From sequence record SRR20825006_660: a stretch of 46,521 nt of DNA; one strand, 5' to 3'. Under the pieces are notes generated by a model. That model was not told the DNA's origin, ran no database searches, and saw only the letters and a program-made list of their open reading frames with translations. Numbering within the stretch: the stretch's first letter is position 1; each line of letters opens with the position of its first letter. The position numbers were made by a program, and so were the translations under genes. Of the stretch, positions 1 to 7,967 are shown piece after piece.

Positions 1-1035
1 CAACTGTACAACAAATTAAGCGCAAAAGAACGAGCAGCATTAATTGATGAGGCAGGCGAAGACCGCTTGACGCTCTCGTTCTATCAATATGCCAAAATTG
101 GCAATCCGCAACTTTTTAGAGATCATCTATTTTTAGCTTGGAATCAAATGGACGTCTTGGGCCGTATTTACGTGGCTCAAGAAGGAATTAATGCCCAACT
201 TTCGGTGCCGGCAAAACGTTTTGAAGAATTTAAAACCTTTTTAGACGGAATTAATTTCTTAGAAAATGTACGTCTCAATATCGCCATCGAGCAAGACGCC
301 AAATCCTTTTTAAAACTCAAAGTTAAAGTGCGTCCTAAGATCGTAGCAGACGGTCTTGATGACGAGACTTTTGACGTTACCAATAAAGGCGTTCACGTAG
401 ATGCTGCTACGTTTAACGAACTCATAGAAGCAGATGATGTGGTGCTTGTGGATATGCGCAACCACTATGAGAGCGAGATCGGGCATTTTAAAAATGCAGT
501 AACTCCAGATGTTGATACCTTTCGCGATAGCTTAGATCTTATTGAAGAAGACCTGCGCGATCACAAAGAAGACAAAAAATTGGTAATGTATTGCACCGGT
601 GGAATTAGGTGTGAAAAAGCCAGTGCGTACTATAAACACAAAGGTTTTAAACAAGTCTATCAACTAGAAGGCGGAATTATTGAATACGCACGTCAGGTTG
701 AGCAGTTAAAGCTTGAAAATAAATTTAAAGGGAAAAACTTCGTATTTGACCACCGGCGTGGCGAGCGCATTTCAGAAGACATTATTTCTAACTGCCACCA
801 GTGCGGAAAGCCTTGTGATACGCACGTAAACTGTGCTAACGAAGCTTGTCATTTACTTTTCATTCAATGTGACGAGTGTGCTGAAGCGATGAATCATACC
901 TGTTCAGACGAATGTAAAGAGGTGATCGCTTTGCCTTATGAAGTGCAAAAAGAACTGCGCAAAGGCATTCCTAACAGCAATAAGATCTTTAAAAAAGGAA
1001 GATCTGAAAAGCTGAAGTTTCAGAAGAAAGTATAA
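1..1035 (+). CDS. trhO: Rhodanese-domain tRNA U34 hydroxylase (TrhO/YceA family), 5'-truncated by the window edge
   Basis: Frame is open from base 1 (QLYNKLSAKERAALIDE...), so the true start lies upstream. Motifs GRIYVAQEGINAQ, DMRNHYESEIGHF, YCTGGIRCEKAS, LEGGI and a C-terminal Cys cluster. Confidence 0.9.
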   Translation, partial: QLYNKLSAKERAALIDEAGEDRLTLSFYQYAKIGNPQLFRDHLFLAWNQMDVLGRIYVAQEGINAQLSVPAKRFEEFKTFLDGINFLENVRLNIAIEQDAKSFLKLKVKVRPKIVADGLDDETFDVTNKGVHVDAATFNELIEADDVVLVDMRNHYESEIGHFKNAVTPDVDTFRDSLDLIEEDLRDHKEDKKLVMYCTGGIRCEKASAYYKHKGFKQVYQLEGGIIEYARQVEQLKLENKFKGKNFVFDHRRGERISEDIISNCHQCGKPCDTHVNCANEACHLLFIQCDECAEAMNHTCSDECKEVIALPYEVQKELRKGIPNSNKIFKKGRSEKLKFQKKV

Positions 1036-1055
1036 GAATTGAAGAAACAACGCAG

Positions 1056-1087
1056 AAAAAGTCGGTTTTAGGTAACCGACTTTTTTT
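1056..1087 (+). terminator. Intrinsic terminator after trhO
   Basis: aaaaaGTCGGTT-ttaggt-AACCGACttttttt hairpin plus T-tract. Confidence 0.85.
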
Positions 1088-1152
1088 ATGCGCAACAGCT
1101 TCCAAAATGCAAAATGCCGCACATTTGCTTTAATCCCCAATTAGAATTACTA

Positions 1153-1160
1153 TATTTTTG
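1153..1160 (+). promoter_or_regulatory. Bacteroidota -7 promoter element upstream of ricT
   Basis: TATTTTTG matches TAnnTTTG, about 120 bp before ATG 1279. Confidence 0.5.
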
Positions 1161-1278
1161 CATAGCTAAAATGTTATCTTTAGCAGCAATTAAGACGGAA
1201 GCTTTCCGTTGTCAACATATATAAATCATCAAATCCCGGAGTTTTTTAATCTGGAGATTTACAAACATATAGGATCTC

Positions 1279-2448
1279 ATGGCGTGTGGAAATTGTGGTA
1301 CGACCAAAAACGGTCAACCACGTGGTTGTCAAAATAATGGTACCTGTGGTACCGACGGATGTAACAAACTTACAGTCTTTGACTGGCTTTCAAATATGAG
1401 TCTGCCTGATGGGCAGGAACCCTTTGACTTTGTTGAAGTTCGCTTCAAAAATGGTCGCAAAGAATACGTGAAGAACGTAGATAAATTACAGATCAACGTA
1501 GGCGAAGTGCTAGCAGTTCAGGCGGCTTCGGGGCACGATGTGGGTATCGTTTCATTGACCGGAGAGTTGGTACGCATTCAAATGAAAAAGAAGAAAATCT
1601 CCTACACTTCAGACGATTTTCTAAAAATCTACCGCAAAGCCAATCAAAAGGATATTGAAGTTTGGGAGAGCGTAAAAGAGCGTGAAGAAGGCATTAAAGT
1701 ACGTTCGCGCCAGATCGCTATTCGTTTAGGACTTCAGATGAAAATCTCTGATATTGAGTTTCAGGGCGATGGCTCTAAAGCGACTTTTTTCTATACCGCA
1801 GAGGAGCGCGTAGATTTTAGACAACTGATCAAAGAATTTGCGCAGGAGTTTAGAACCCGTATCGAAATGCGTCAAATAGGCTTTAGACAAGAAGCGGCGC
1901 GTTTAGGCGGAATAGGCTCTTGTGGGCGCGAGCTGTGTTGCTCAACCTGGTTAACAGATTTTAGATCGGTGACCACAAGTGCAGCACGCTATCAGCAACT
2001 TTCTTTAAATCCGCAAAAATTAGCAGGTCAATGCGGAAAACTAAAATGCTGCTTAAATTATGAGTTGGATGCCTATTTAGATGCGCTAAAAGATTTCCCA
2101 AAAACAGAACAAAAACTGTATACAGACAAGGGTACAGCGGTTTGCCAGAAGATTGATATTTTTCAAGGACACCTTTGGTATGCTTATGAAGGCGAGTGGA
2201 TGAACTGGCACAAGCTCACCACCACGCAGGCCAATGAGATCATTGAAGCCAATAAGAAGAAAAACAAAGTAGCAAGTCTAGAAGAGTATGCTGCAGAACT
2301 TATTACAGACGCTAAAGTAGATTTTGGAAACGTTGTAGGGCAAGACAGTTTAACCCGTTTTGACAAACCTAAGAACAGCAGAAAGCGTTCAAAAAACCGT
2401 CGTAAAAAAGGAAATTTCCGAAAAAAGGGACCTAAGAAAAATGCATAA
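1279..2448 (+). CDS. ricT: PSP1-domain protein (RicT/YaaT family Fe-S regulatory protein)
   Basis: FYTAEERVDFRQLIK, RIEMRQIG, GGIGSCGRELCC, KLAGQCGKLKCCLNYE motifs; Cys-rich N-terminus; basic C-tail. Confidence 0.88.
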   Translation: MACGNCGTTKNGQPRGCQNNGTCGTDGCNKLTVFDWLSNMSLPDGQEPFDFVEVRFKNGRKEYVKNVDKLQINVGEVLAVQAASGHDVGIVSLTGELVRIQMKKKKISYTSDDFLKIYRKANQKDIEVWESVKEREEGIKVRSRQIAIRLGLQMKISDIEFQGDGSKATFFYTAEERVDFRQLIKEFAQEFRTRIEMRQIGFRQEAARLGGIGSCGRELCCSTWLTDFRSVTTSAARYQQLSLNPQKLAGQCGKLKCCLNYELDAYLDALKDFPKTEQKLYTDKGTAVCQKIDIFQGHLWYAYEGEWMNWHKLTTTQANEIIEANKKKNKVASLEEYAAELITDAKVDFGNVVGQDSLTRFDKPKNSRKRSKNRRKKGNFRKKGPKKNA

Positions 2449-2923
2449 ATACCTCTGTGCGCTTTTAGTTTTAAGCTGTTTTTGGTCTTGCGATAAAACA
2501 GCTGCTTTTCACGAATATAAATCGCTGCCCAAGCATTGGAAAAGCGATTCTGCGGTAAGGCTAAAAGTCGATAACTTAGACACTTTAAGTACGTATAATG
2601 CGTTTATAACCTTGCGCAATGACAATTCGTATGCATTTAGCAACGTGTTTTTGATCGCTTCGATGCAATTTCCTAACGGAAAAACCATTACAGATACGCT
2701 AGAGTACAAGATGGCAAATCCTGACGGAAGCTGGCTAGGCACCGGTTTTGGCGATATTAAGGAAAATAAACTTTGGTATAAAGAACATATACAATTTAGC
2801 GAAGCAGGCAGCTACACCTTTAAGCTGAAGCAGGCAATGCGTCGCAACGGGGACGTAAATCCAATTGCTGATTTAGAAGGAATCAGAGATGTAGGTTTGC
2901 GTATAGAAAAAACAAACGAATAG
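2441..2923 (+). CDS. gldH: Gliding motility lipoprotein GldH
   Basis: ATG at 2441 (MHKYLCALLVLSCFWSC lipobox); LRNDNSYAFSN, DTLEY, GSWLGTG, QAMR, LEGIRDVGLRIEK motifs; typical PSP1-gldH-PBP1A context. Confidence 0.88.
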   Translation: MHKYLCALLVLSCFWSCDKTAAFHEYKSLPKHWKSDSAVRLKVDNLDTLSTYNAFITLRNDNSYAFSNVFLIASMQFPNGKTITDTLEYKMANPDGSWLGTGFGDIKENKLWYKEHIQFSEAGSYTFKLKQAMRRNGDVNPIADLEGIRDVGLRIEKTNE

Positions 2924-2930
2924 AGATAAA

Positions 2931-5270
2931 ATGGCTCAAAGTAAAAAGAAGCCTGCAAAACAGGCGAAAACTTCAAACCATAAACCCTATATCAAAGGGT
3001 TTTGGATTTTGTTTTTAAGCGGATTAGCTGCTGTAATTTTAGTGTTTCTTCTTGCCTCTTGGGGAGCTTTTGGTAAACTGCCCACCTTTGAAGAGCTTGA
3101 AAACCCAGAAAGCAATCTCGCTACTGAAATTCTTTCTTCTGACGGAAAAACCTTAGGTAAATTCTATAATGAAAACCGAACTCCGGTAAAATATGAAGAT
3201 TTGCCGCAAAACCTTGTTGATGCCGTAGTTGCAACCGAAGATAGACGTTTTTATGAGCACTCCGGGATCGATATGCGAGGTACGGCTAGAGCCGTAGCCT
3301 TTTTAGGTTCAAAAGGAGGAGCAAGTACTATTACGCAGCAGTTGGCAAAGCTTCTATTTTCTGACACTCCAAGCAGTAAGTTTGAGCGTGTGCTGCAAAA
3401 GGTAAAAGAGTGGATTATTGCCGCGCGTTTAGAAAGTCAGTACACTAAAGAAGAGATTATTACAATGTATCTCAATAAGCAGGATTTCCTGTTTCAGGCG
3501 GTGGGAATTCGCTCTGCTTCAAAGATCTATTTTGACAAAGAGCCTCGTGAGTTGCGTCCAGAAGAATCTGCGATCATCGCCGGGATGCTCAAAAATCCAA
3601 GACAGTTTAATCCGTATCGGGAGATTTCAAGAGATAAGTCGCTAGAGCGAAGAAATACGGTTTTAGCGCTTATGGCTGAAACCGGAAAAATTACCGAAAC
3701 CGAGCGCGACAGTCTGATCGCAATGCCTATGGAGATCAAGTTCTCTCCAGAAGGTCACGCAGATGGAATCGCAACCTATTTTAGAGAATACTTAAGAGCC
3801 TTTATGTCTGAATGGATCGAAGAAAATCCAAAAGGTGTAGATGCTGATGGTAATGAAGAATATTACAACATCTATCGCGACGGACTCGTAATTACCACAA
3901 CGCTTGATTCTCGTATGCAACGTTATGCAGAAGAAGCCGTAACCGCACATATGGAAAATCTTCAACGCGAGTTTGACCGTCAAAACGAGAAGAATAGTAC
4001 GGCACCCTTTAGAGATATTAGTAAAGAGGAAGAAGAAGTAATTATTAATCGCGCGATGCGAAATTCTGATCGTTGGAGAAAGATGGCCGCTCAGGGTATT
4101 TCGGTAGAAGATATCAAGGCTTCTTTTGAAAAAAAAACTGATATGCGCGTTTTTGTCTGGAAAGACGGCGCAAAAGAAGTGGATACGGTGATGACTCCAC
4201 GTGACAGTATTTTGTACTACAAGCGTTTCTTACGCGCAGGTTTATTGAGTATGACTCCACAAACAGGAGAAGTTAAAGCTTGGGTAGGAGGAATCAATTA
4301 CAAGCATTTTCAATACGATCACGTAAAAACGGGTAGACGACAAGTAGGTTCTACTTTCAAACCGTTTTTATACGCCACAGCTATAGATCAGTTACACCTT
4401 TCGCCTTGCGATACCGTTCCAGATATTCCGTATTGTATACCTGCGGGAGAAATGGGGGCTCAAAAGGCTTGGTGTCCAGAAAATTCTAGCAGTGGCTTTA
4501 AGGGAATGGTAACACTAAAGTCGGCTTTAGCAAACTCGATCAATACCGTATCAGCGCGCTTAATGCATCGCGTAGGTCCTAAACCGGTTATTAACCTTAT
4601 TGAAAAACTCGGTGTGGATACAGAAAATATCCCGGAAGTGCCTTCTATTGCTTTGGGTACAGCAGACTTGAGTTTGTTTGAGATGGTTTCGGCATATTCT
4701 GCTTTTGCAAATAAAGGCGTTCACGTAGAGCCGCAGATCGTTTCTACAATTGTGGATAAAAACGGTACTGTTTTATATCAGAGTGTTCCTAAAGCTAAAG
4801 ATATTATCAGTCAAGAGTCGGCTTACGTTACTGTTAATCTGATGGAAGGGGTGACCCAGTATGGTTCTGGTGCTAGATTACGCTCAGGTGCGATCAATAA
4901 CTATGTGTACAACAATGTAGTTACAGGGCATCCTTATGCGTTTAAAAATCCAATTGCCGGTAAAACAGGAACTACACAAAATCAAAGTGACGGTTGGTTT
5001 ATGGGTATGGTTCCTAACTTGGTAAGTGGTGTTTGGGTAGGAGGCGATGACCGCTCGGTACATTTTCCTTCTATTACCTATGGTCAGGGAGCAACAATGG
5101 CATTGCCTATTTGGGCGGTTTTTATGAAAAAATGCTACGAAGACGAAGAGCTTAAAATTTCAAAAGGTGATTTTGAGCGACCTGAAAACTTATCAATCCG
5201 TGTAGATTGTTCGGCCCCGGTAGAAGGCGCAGCACAAGAGGTAGACTTACCAGATGAGTTGGACTTTTAA
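2931..5270 (+). CDS. mrcA: Class A penicillin-binding protein 1A (transglycosylase/transpeptidase)
   Basis: N-terminal TM anchor; EDRRFYEHSG, GASTITQQLAK; transpeptidase motifs STFK, SIN, KTGT. Confidence 0.93.
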   Translation: MAQSKKKPAKQAKTSNHKPYIKGFWILFLSGLAAVILVFLLASWGAFGKLPTFEELENPESNLATEILSSDGKTLGKFYNENRTPVKYEDLPQNLVDAVVATEDRRFYEHSGIDMRGTARAVAFLGSKGGASTITQQLAKLLFSDTPSSKFERVLQKVKEWIIAARLESQYTKEEIITMYLNKQDFLFQAVGIRSASKIYFDKEPRELRPEESAIIAGMLKNPRQFNPYREISRDKSLERRNTVLALMAETGKITETERDSLIAMPMEIKFSPEGHADGIATYFREYLRAFMSEWIEENPKGVDADGNEEYYNIYRDGLVITTTLDSRMQRYAEEAVTAHMENLQREFDRQNEKNSTAPFRDISKEEEEVIINRAMRNSDRWRKMAAQGISVEDIKASFEKKTDMRVFVWKDGAKEVDTVMTPRDSILYYKRFLRAGLLSMTPQTGEVKAWVGGINYKHFQYDHVKTGRRQVGSTFKPFLYATAIDQLHLSPCDTVPDIPYCIPAGEMGAQKAWCPENSSSGFKGMVTLKSALANSINTVSARLMHRVGPKPVINLIEKLGVDTENIPEVPSIALGTADLSLFEMVSAYSAFANKGVHVEPQIVSTIVDKNGTVLYQSVPKAKDIISQESAYVTVNLMEGVTQYGSGARLRSGAINNYVYNNVVTGHPYAFKNPIAGKTGTTQNQSDGWFMGMVPNLVSGVWVGGDDRSVHFPSITYGQGATMALPIWAVFMKKCYEDEELKISKGDFERPENLSIRVDCSAPVEGAAQEVDLPDELDF

Positions 5271-5354
5271 TCCTTTTTAGAATACCATAAATTACTGCTA
5301 AAAGATTGCGGTTAGAAAACGTATTTTGTAATTTTCTTAAACTAAAATGAGAAA

Positions 5355-6059
5355 ATGATAACAAAAACGGTTAACTCGGTTACAGAAGCATTAACGGGCA
5401 TTGAGGATAAAATGACCTTGATGTTAGGTGGTTTTGGGCTGAGCGGTATTCCGGAAAAAACGATCGAGCAACTCGTTAAACTTAACGTGAAAAATCTAAC
5501 CTGTATTTCTAATAATGCCGGAGTAGATGATTTTGGCTTGGGCTTACTGCTTCAGAAAAAGCAGATCAAAAAAATGATCTCGTCTTACGTGGGCGAAAAT
5601 GCTGAGTTTGAACGCCAAATGTTAAGCGGCGAACTTGAGGTCGAATTGATTCCGCAAGGAACTTTAGCCGAACGTTGCCGGGCAGCGCAAGCAGGTTTTC
5701 CGGCGATCTATACCCCGGCGGGCTATGGCACCGAAGTGGCTGAAGGCAAAGAAACCCGAGAATTTGATGGTAAAATGTATGTACTGGAACATGCTTTTAA
5801 AGCCGATTTTTCATTTATAAAAGCCTGGAAGGGAGATACCGCAGGTAATCTCATTTTTAAAGGAACGGCGCGCAACTTCAATCCGCCGATGTGTGGAGCG
5901 GCAAAAATCACAGTTGCTGAGGTTGAGGAGCTCGTACCTGCCGGCGAATTAGACCCTAACCAAATACATATTCCGGGCATTTTTGTTCAACGCATTTTTG
6001 AAGGTAAAAACTACGAGAAACGCATTGAGCAGCGCACCGTAAGGAAACACAACGACTAA
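5355..6059 (+). CDS. scoA: 3-oxoacid CoA-transferase subunit A
   Basis: [33 protein letters not shown] motifs. Confidence 0.93.
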   Translation: MITKTVNSVTEALTGIEDKMTLMLGGFGLSGIPEKTIEQLVKLNVKNLTCISNNAGVDDFGLGLLLQKKQIKKMISSYVGENAEFERQMLSGELEVELIPQGTLAERCRAAQAGFPAIYTPAGYGTEVAEGKETREFDGKMYVLEHAFKADFSFIKAWKGDTAGNLIFKGTARNFNPPMCGAAKITVAEVEELVPAGELDPNQIHIPGIFVQRIFEGKNYEKRIEQRTVRKHND

Positions 6060-6097
6060 CAACTAAACATATATAACAACCAAAAATTAATTTAATA

Positions 6098-6736
6098 ATG
6101 GCACATTTAAGATTAGGTGATGTTGCACCAGATTTTACAACAGATACCACAGAAGGAACTATAAATTTTCACGAATGGCTTGGCGACAGCTGGGGGATTT
6201 TATTCTCGCATCCGGCAGATTATACTCCGGTTTGTACTACAGAGTTGGGAACAGTAGCCAATTATCACAACGAATTTAAAAAGCGTAATGTGAAGCCTAT
6301 CGCACTCAGCGTAGATGGAGTGGCATCACATAAAGAGTGGATCAAAGACATTAACGAAACCCAGAACACCACAGTAGATTACCCAATCATTGGTGATGAG
6401 GACCGTAAAGTTGCAGAGCTTTATGATATGATTCATCCTAATGCAAGTGAGAAAGCTACGGTACGTTCGGTTTTTGTGATAGGACCGGATAAGAAAATCA
6501 AACTTACGTTGACGTATCCACCTTCAACAGGTAGAAACTTTGACGAAATTGTACGCGTGATCGATTCGCTTCAGTTAACTGCATACCATAAAGTGGCTAC
6601 ACCGGCCAACTGGAAGGATGGGGAAGACTGTGTGATCTCGCCAAGTGTAAGTAATGAACAAATTCCGGAGTTTTTTCCTAAAGGGCATACAGAAATTAAG
6701 CCTTACTTGAGAATGACTCCACAACCAAACAAATAA
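6098..6736 (+). CDS. 1-Cys peroxiredoxin (Prx6 subfamily)
   Basis: FSHPADYTPVCTTE signature, YPPSTGRNFDE, VATPANW. Confidence 0.93.
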   Translation: MAHLRLGDVAPDFTTDTTEGTINFHEWLGDSWGILFSHPADYTPVCTTELGTVANYHNEFKKRNVKPIALSVDGVASHKEWIKDINETQNTTVDYPIIGDEDRKVAELYDMIHPNASEKATVRSVFVIGPDKKIKLTLTYPPSTGRNFDEIVRVIDSLQLTAYHKVATPANWKDGEDCVISPSVSNEQIPEFFPKGHTEIKPYLRMTPQPNK

Positions 6737-6737
6737 G

Positions 6738-7394
6738 ATGCTAGACAAAAACGGAATCGCCAGGCGTATCGCACGTGAAGTTCAAGACGGTTTTTATGTG
6801 AATCTCGGTATTGGCATACCTACACTGGTTGCCAATTATGTGCGAGATGATATTGAAGTTGAATTTCAAAGTGAGAATGGGGTTTTAGGAATGGGGCCTT
6901 TTCCTTTTGAAGGGGAAGAGGATGCGGACATTATTAATGCCGGTAAACAGACCATTACTACGCTTCCGGGCGCTTCGTTTTTTGATTCTGCTTTAAGTTT
7001 CTCGATGATCAGAGGGCAACACGTTGACCTTACTATTTTAGGTGCAATGGAAGTTGCTGAAAATGGAGATATAGCCAACTGGAAAATTCCGGGTAAAATG
7101 GTAAAAGGTATGGGCGGCGCGATGGATCTTGTCGCGAGTGCCGAAAATATCATTGTCGCAATGATGCATACCAATCGTGCCGGGCAGTCTAAACTTTTAA
7201 AGCGCTGTACACTACCGCTTACCGGTGTAGGTTGTGTTACCAAAATAGTCACCAACCTGGCGGTGTTAGAAGTTACTGCTAAAGGTTTTAAGCTTTTAGA
7301 ACGTGCCCCTGGAGTTTCTGTAGAAGAAATCAAGAAAGCGACCGAAGGTACCTTAGAAATACCTGATGAGGTTCCGGAGATGATTCTAGCATAA
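6738..7394 (+). CDS. scoB: 3-oxoacid CoA-transferase subunit B
   Basis: VNLGIGIPT, catalytic QSENG, GMGGAMDL motifs. Confidence 0.93.
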   Translation: MLDKNGIARRIAREVQDGFYVNLGIGIPTLVANYVRDDIEVEFQSENGVLGMGPFPFEGEEDADIINAGKQTITTLPGASFFDSALSFSMIRGQHVDLTILGAMEVAENGDIANWKIPGKMVKGMGGAMDLVASAENIIVAMMHTNRAGQSKLLKRCTLPLTGVGCVTKIVTNLAVLEVTAKGFKLLERAPGVSVEEIKKATEGTLEIPDEVPEMILA

Positions 7395-7416
7395 ATAATT
7401 TGTAGTTTATCGATAT

Positions 7417-7445
7417 AAAAGAGCCTTTAAAGAGGCTCTTTTTTT
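7417..7445 (+). terminator. Intrinsic terminator after scoB
   Basis: AAAAGAGCCT-ttaaag-AGGCTCTTTT plus T-tract. Confidence 0.85.
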
Positions 7446-7570
7446 GTCTTTGAATGATGTATGTTATTCGTTGAAATACTTGTTTTAGAATTTTCAACGC
7501 TGAAAAACACTTAAATTCGGTTGAAAAGCAATAATTTTTAACATTGTTTTGATAAAATCAACTGATTTTG

Positions 7571-7601
7571 TTTGGAGCAATGAAAAAAAATCCTACATTA
7601 G
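7571..7601 (+). promoter_or_regulatory. Bacteroidota sigma-70 promoter (-33/-7) with no long ORF directly downstream
   Basis: TTTG (7571-7574), 19-nt spacer, TACATTAG (7594-7601; one mismatch to TAnnTTTG). Confidence 0.6.
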
Positions 7602-7605
7602 CGGC

Positions 7606-7740
7606 ATTCCAACTCGGTAAGATTTTATAACAACCCTAGGAATTGCAAACAGAGGTTGTTGTTTAGCTTCAAAATAGGAGTATTTTGATGTTATGATTTG
7701 TTAAAAAAACCGCGAGGGGAGCCTTGCGGTTTTTATTTTT
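7606..7740 (+). ncRNA. Candidate small RNA of about 130 nt with three hairpins
   Basis: Follows a promoter. Stems ATAACAACC/GGTTGTTGT (7627-7662), TCAAAATA-ggag-TATTTTGA (7669-7688) and terminator AACCGCGAGG-ggag-CCTTGCGGTT plus T-tract (7705-7740). Confidence 0.5.
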
Positions 7741-7777
7741 TAGAAACCCTGAATCGTAAGATTCCAATTATAAAAAC

Positions 7778-7806
7778 AAACACCTTTACTATCAAAGGTG
7801 TTTTTT
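7778..7806. terminator. Hairpin, probable (bidirectional) terminator
   Basis: AAACACCTTT-actatc-AAAGGTGTTT with A- and T-rich flanks, downstream of the minus-strand ABC gene. Confidence 0.6.
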
Positions 7807-7844
7807 AGTCTTAATAATCTATGTTTCATTAAAAGCATCGCCCA

Positions 7845-7967
7845 ATGCGTACACTTACCCAACCCGTGCCTTTCTTCCAAAAAATAACATATAGTTTTAA
7901 AGCAACCGTAGCGGTTATTGCAATGTTGTGGTACTTGGTACGTAAAGTGTTTTTCTTTATGTTTTAA
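7845..7967 (+). CDS. Putative 40-aa small membrane protein
   Basis: MRTLTQPVPFFQKITYSFKATVAVIAMLWYLVRKVFFFMF*; hydrophobic C-half; stop overlaps the stop of the convergent ABC gene. Confidence 0.5.
   Translation: MRTLTQPVPFFQKITYSFKATVAVIAMLWYLVRKVFFFMF

Noticed and set aside
904-1140. 78-aa minus-strand ORF
   Set aside because: Antisense to the trhO end, runs through a terminator and has no recognisable motif.
2360-2440. Longer TTG start for gldH given by the ORF track
   Set aside because: It overlaps ricT by ~90 nt; ATG 2441 gives a proper lipoprotein signal.
6866-7333. 155-aa antisense ORF
   Set aside because: Shadow of scoB with typical antisense composition.
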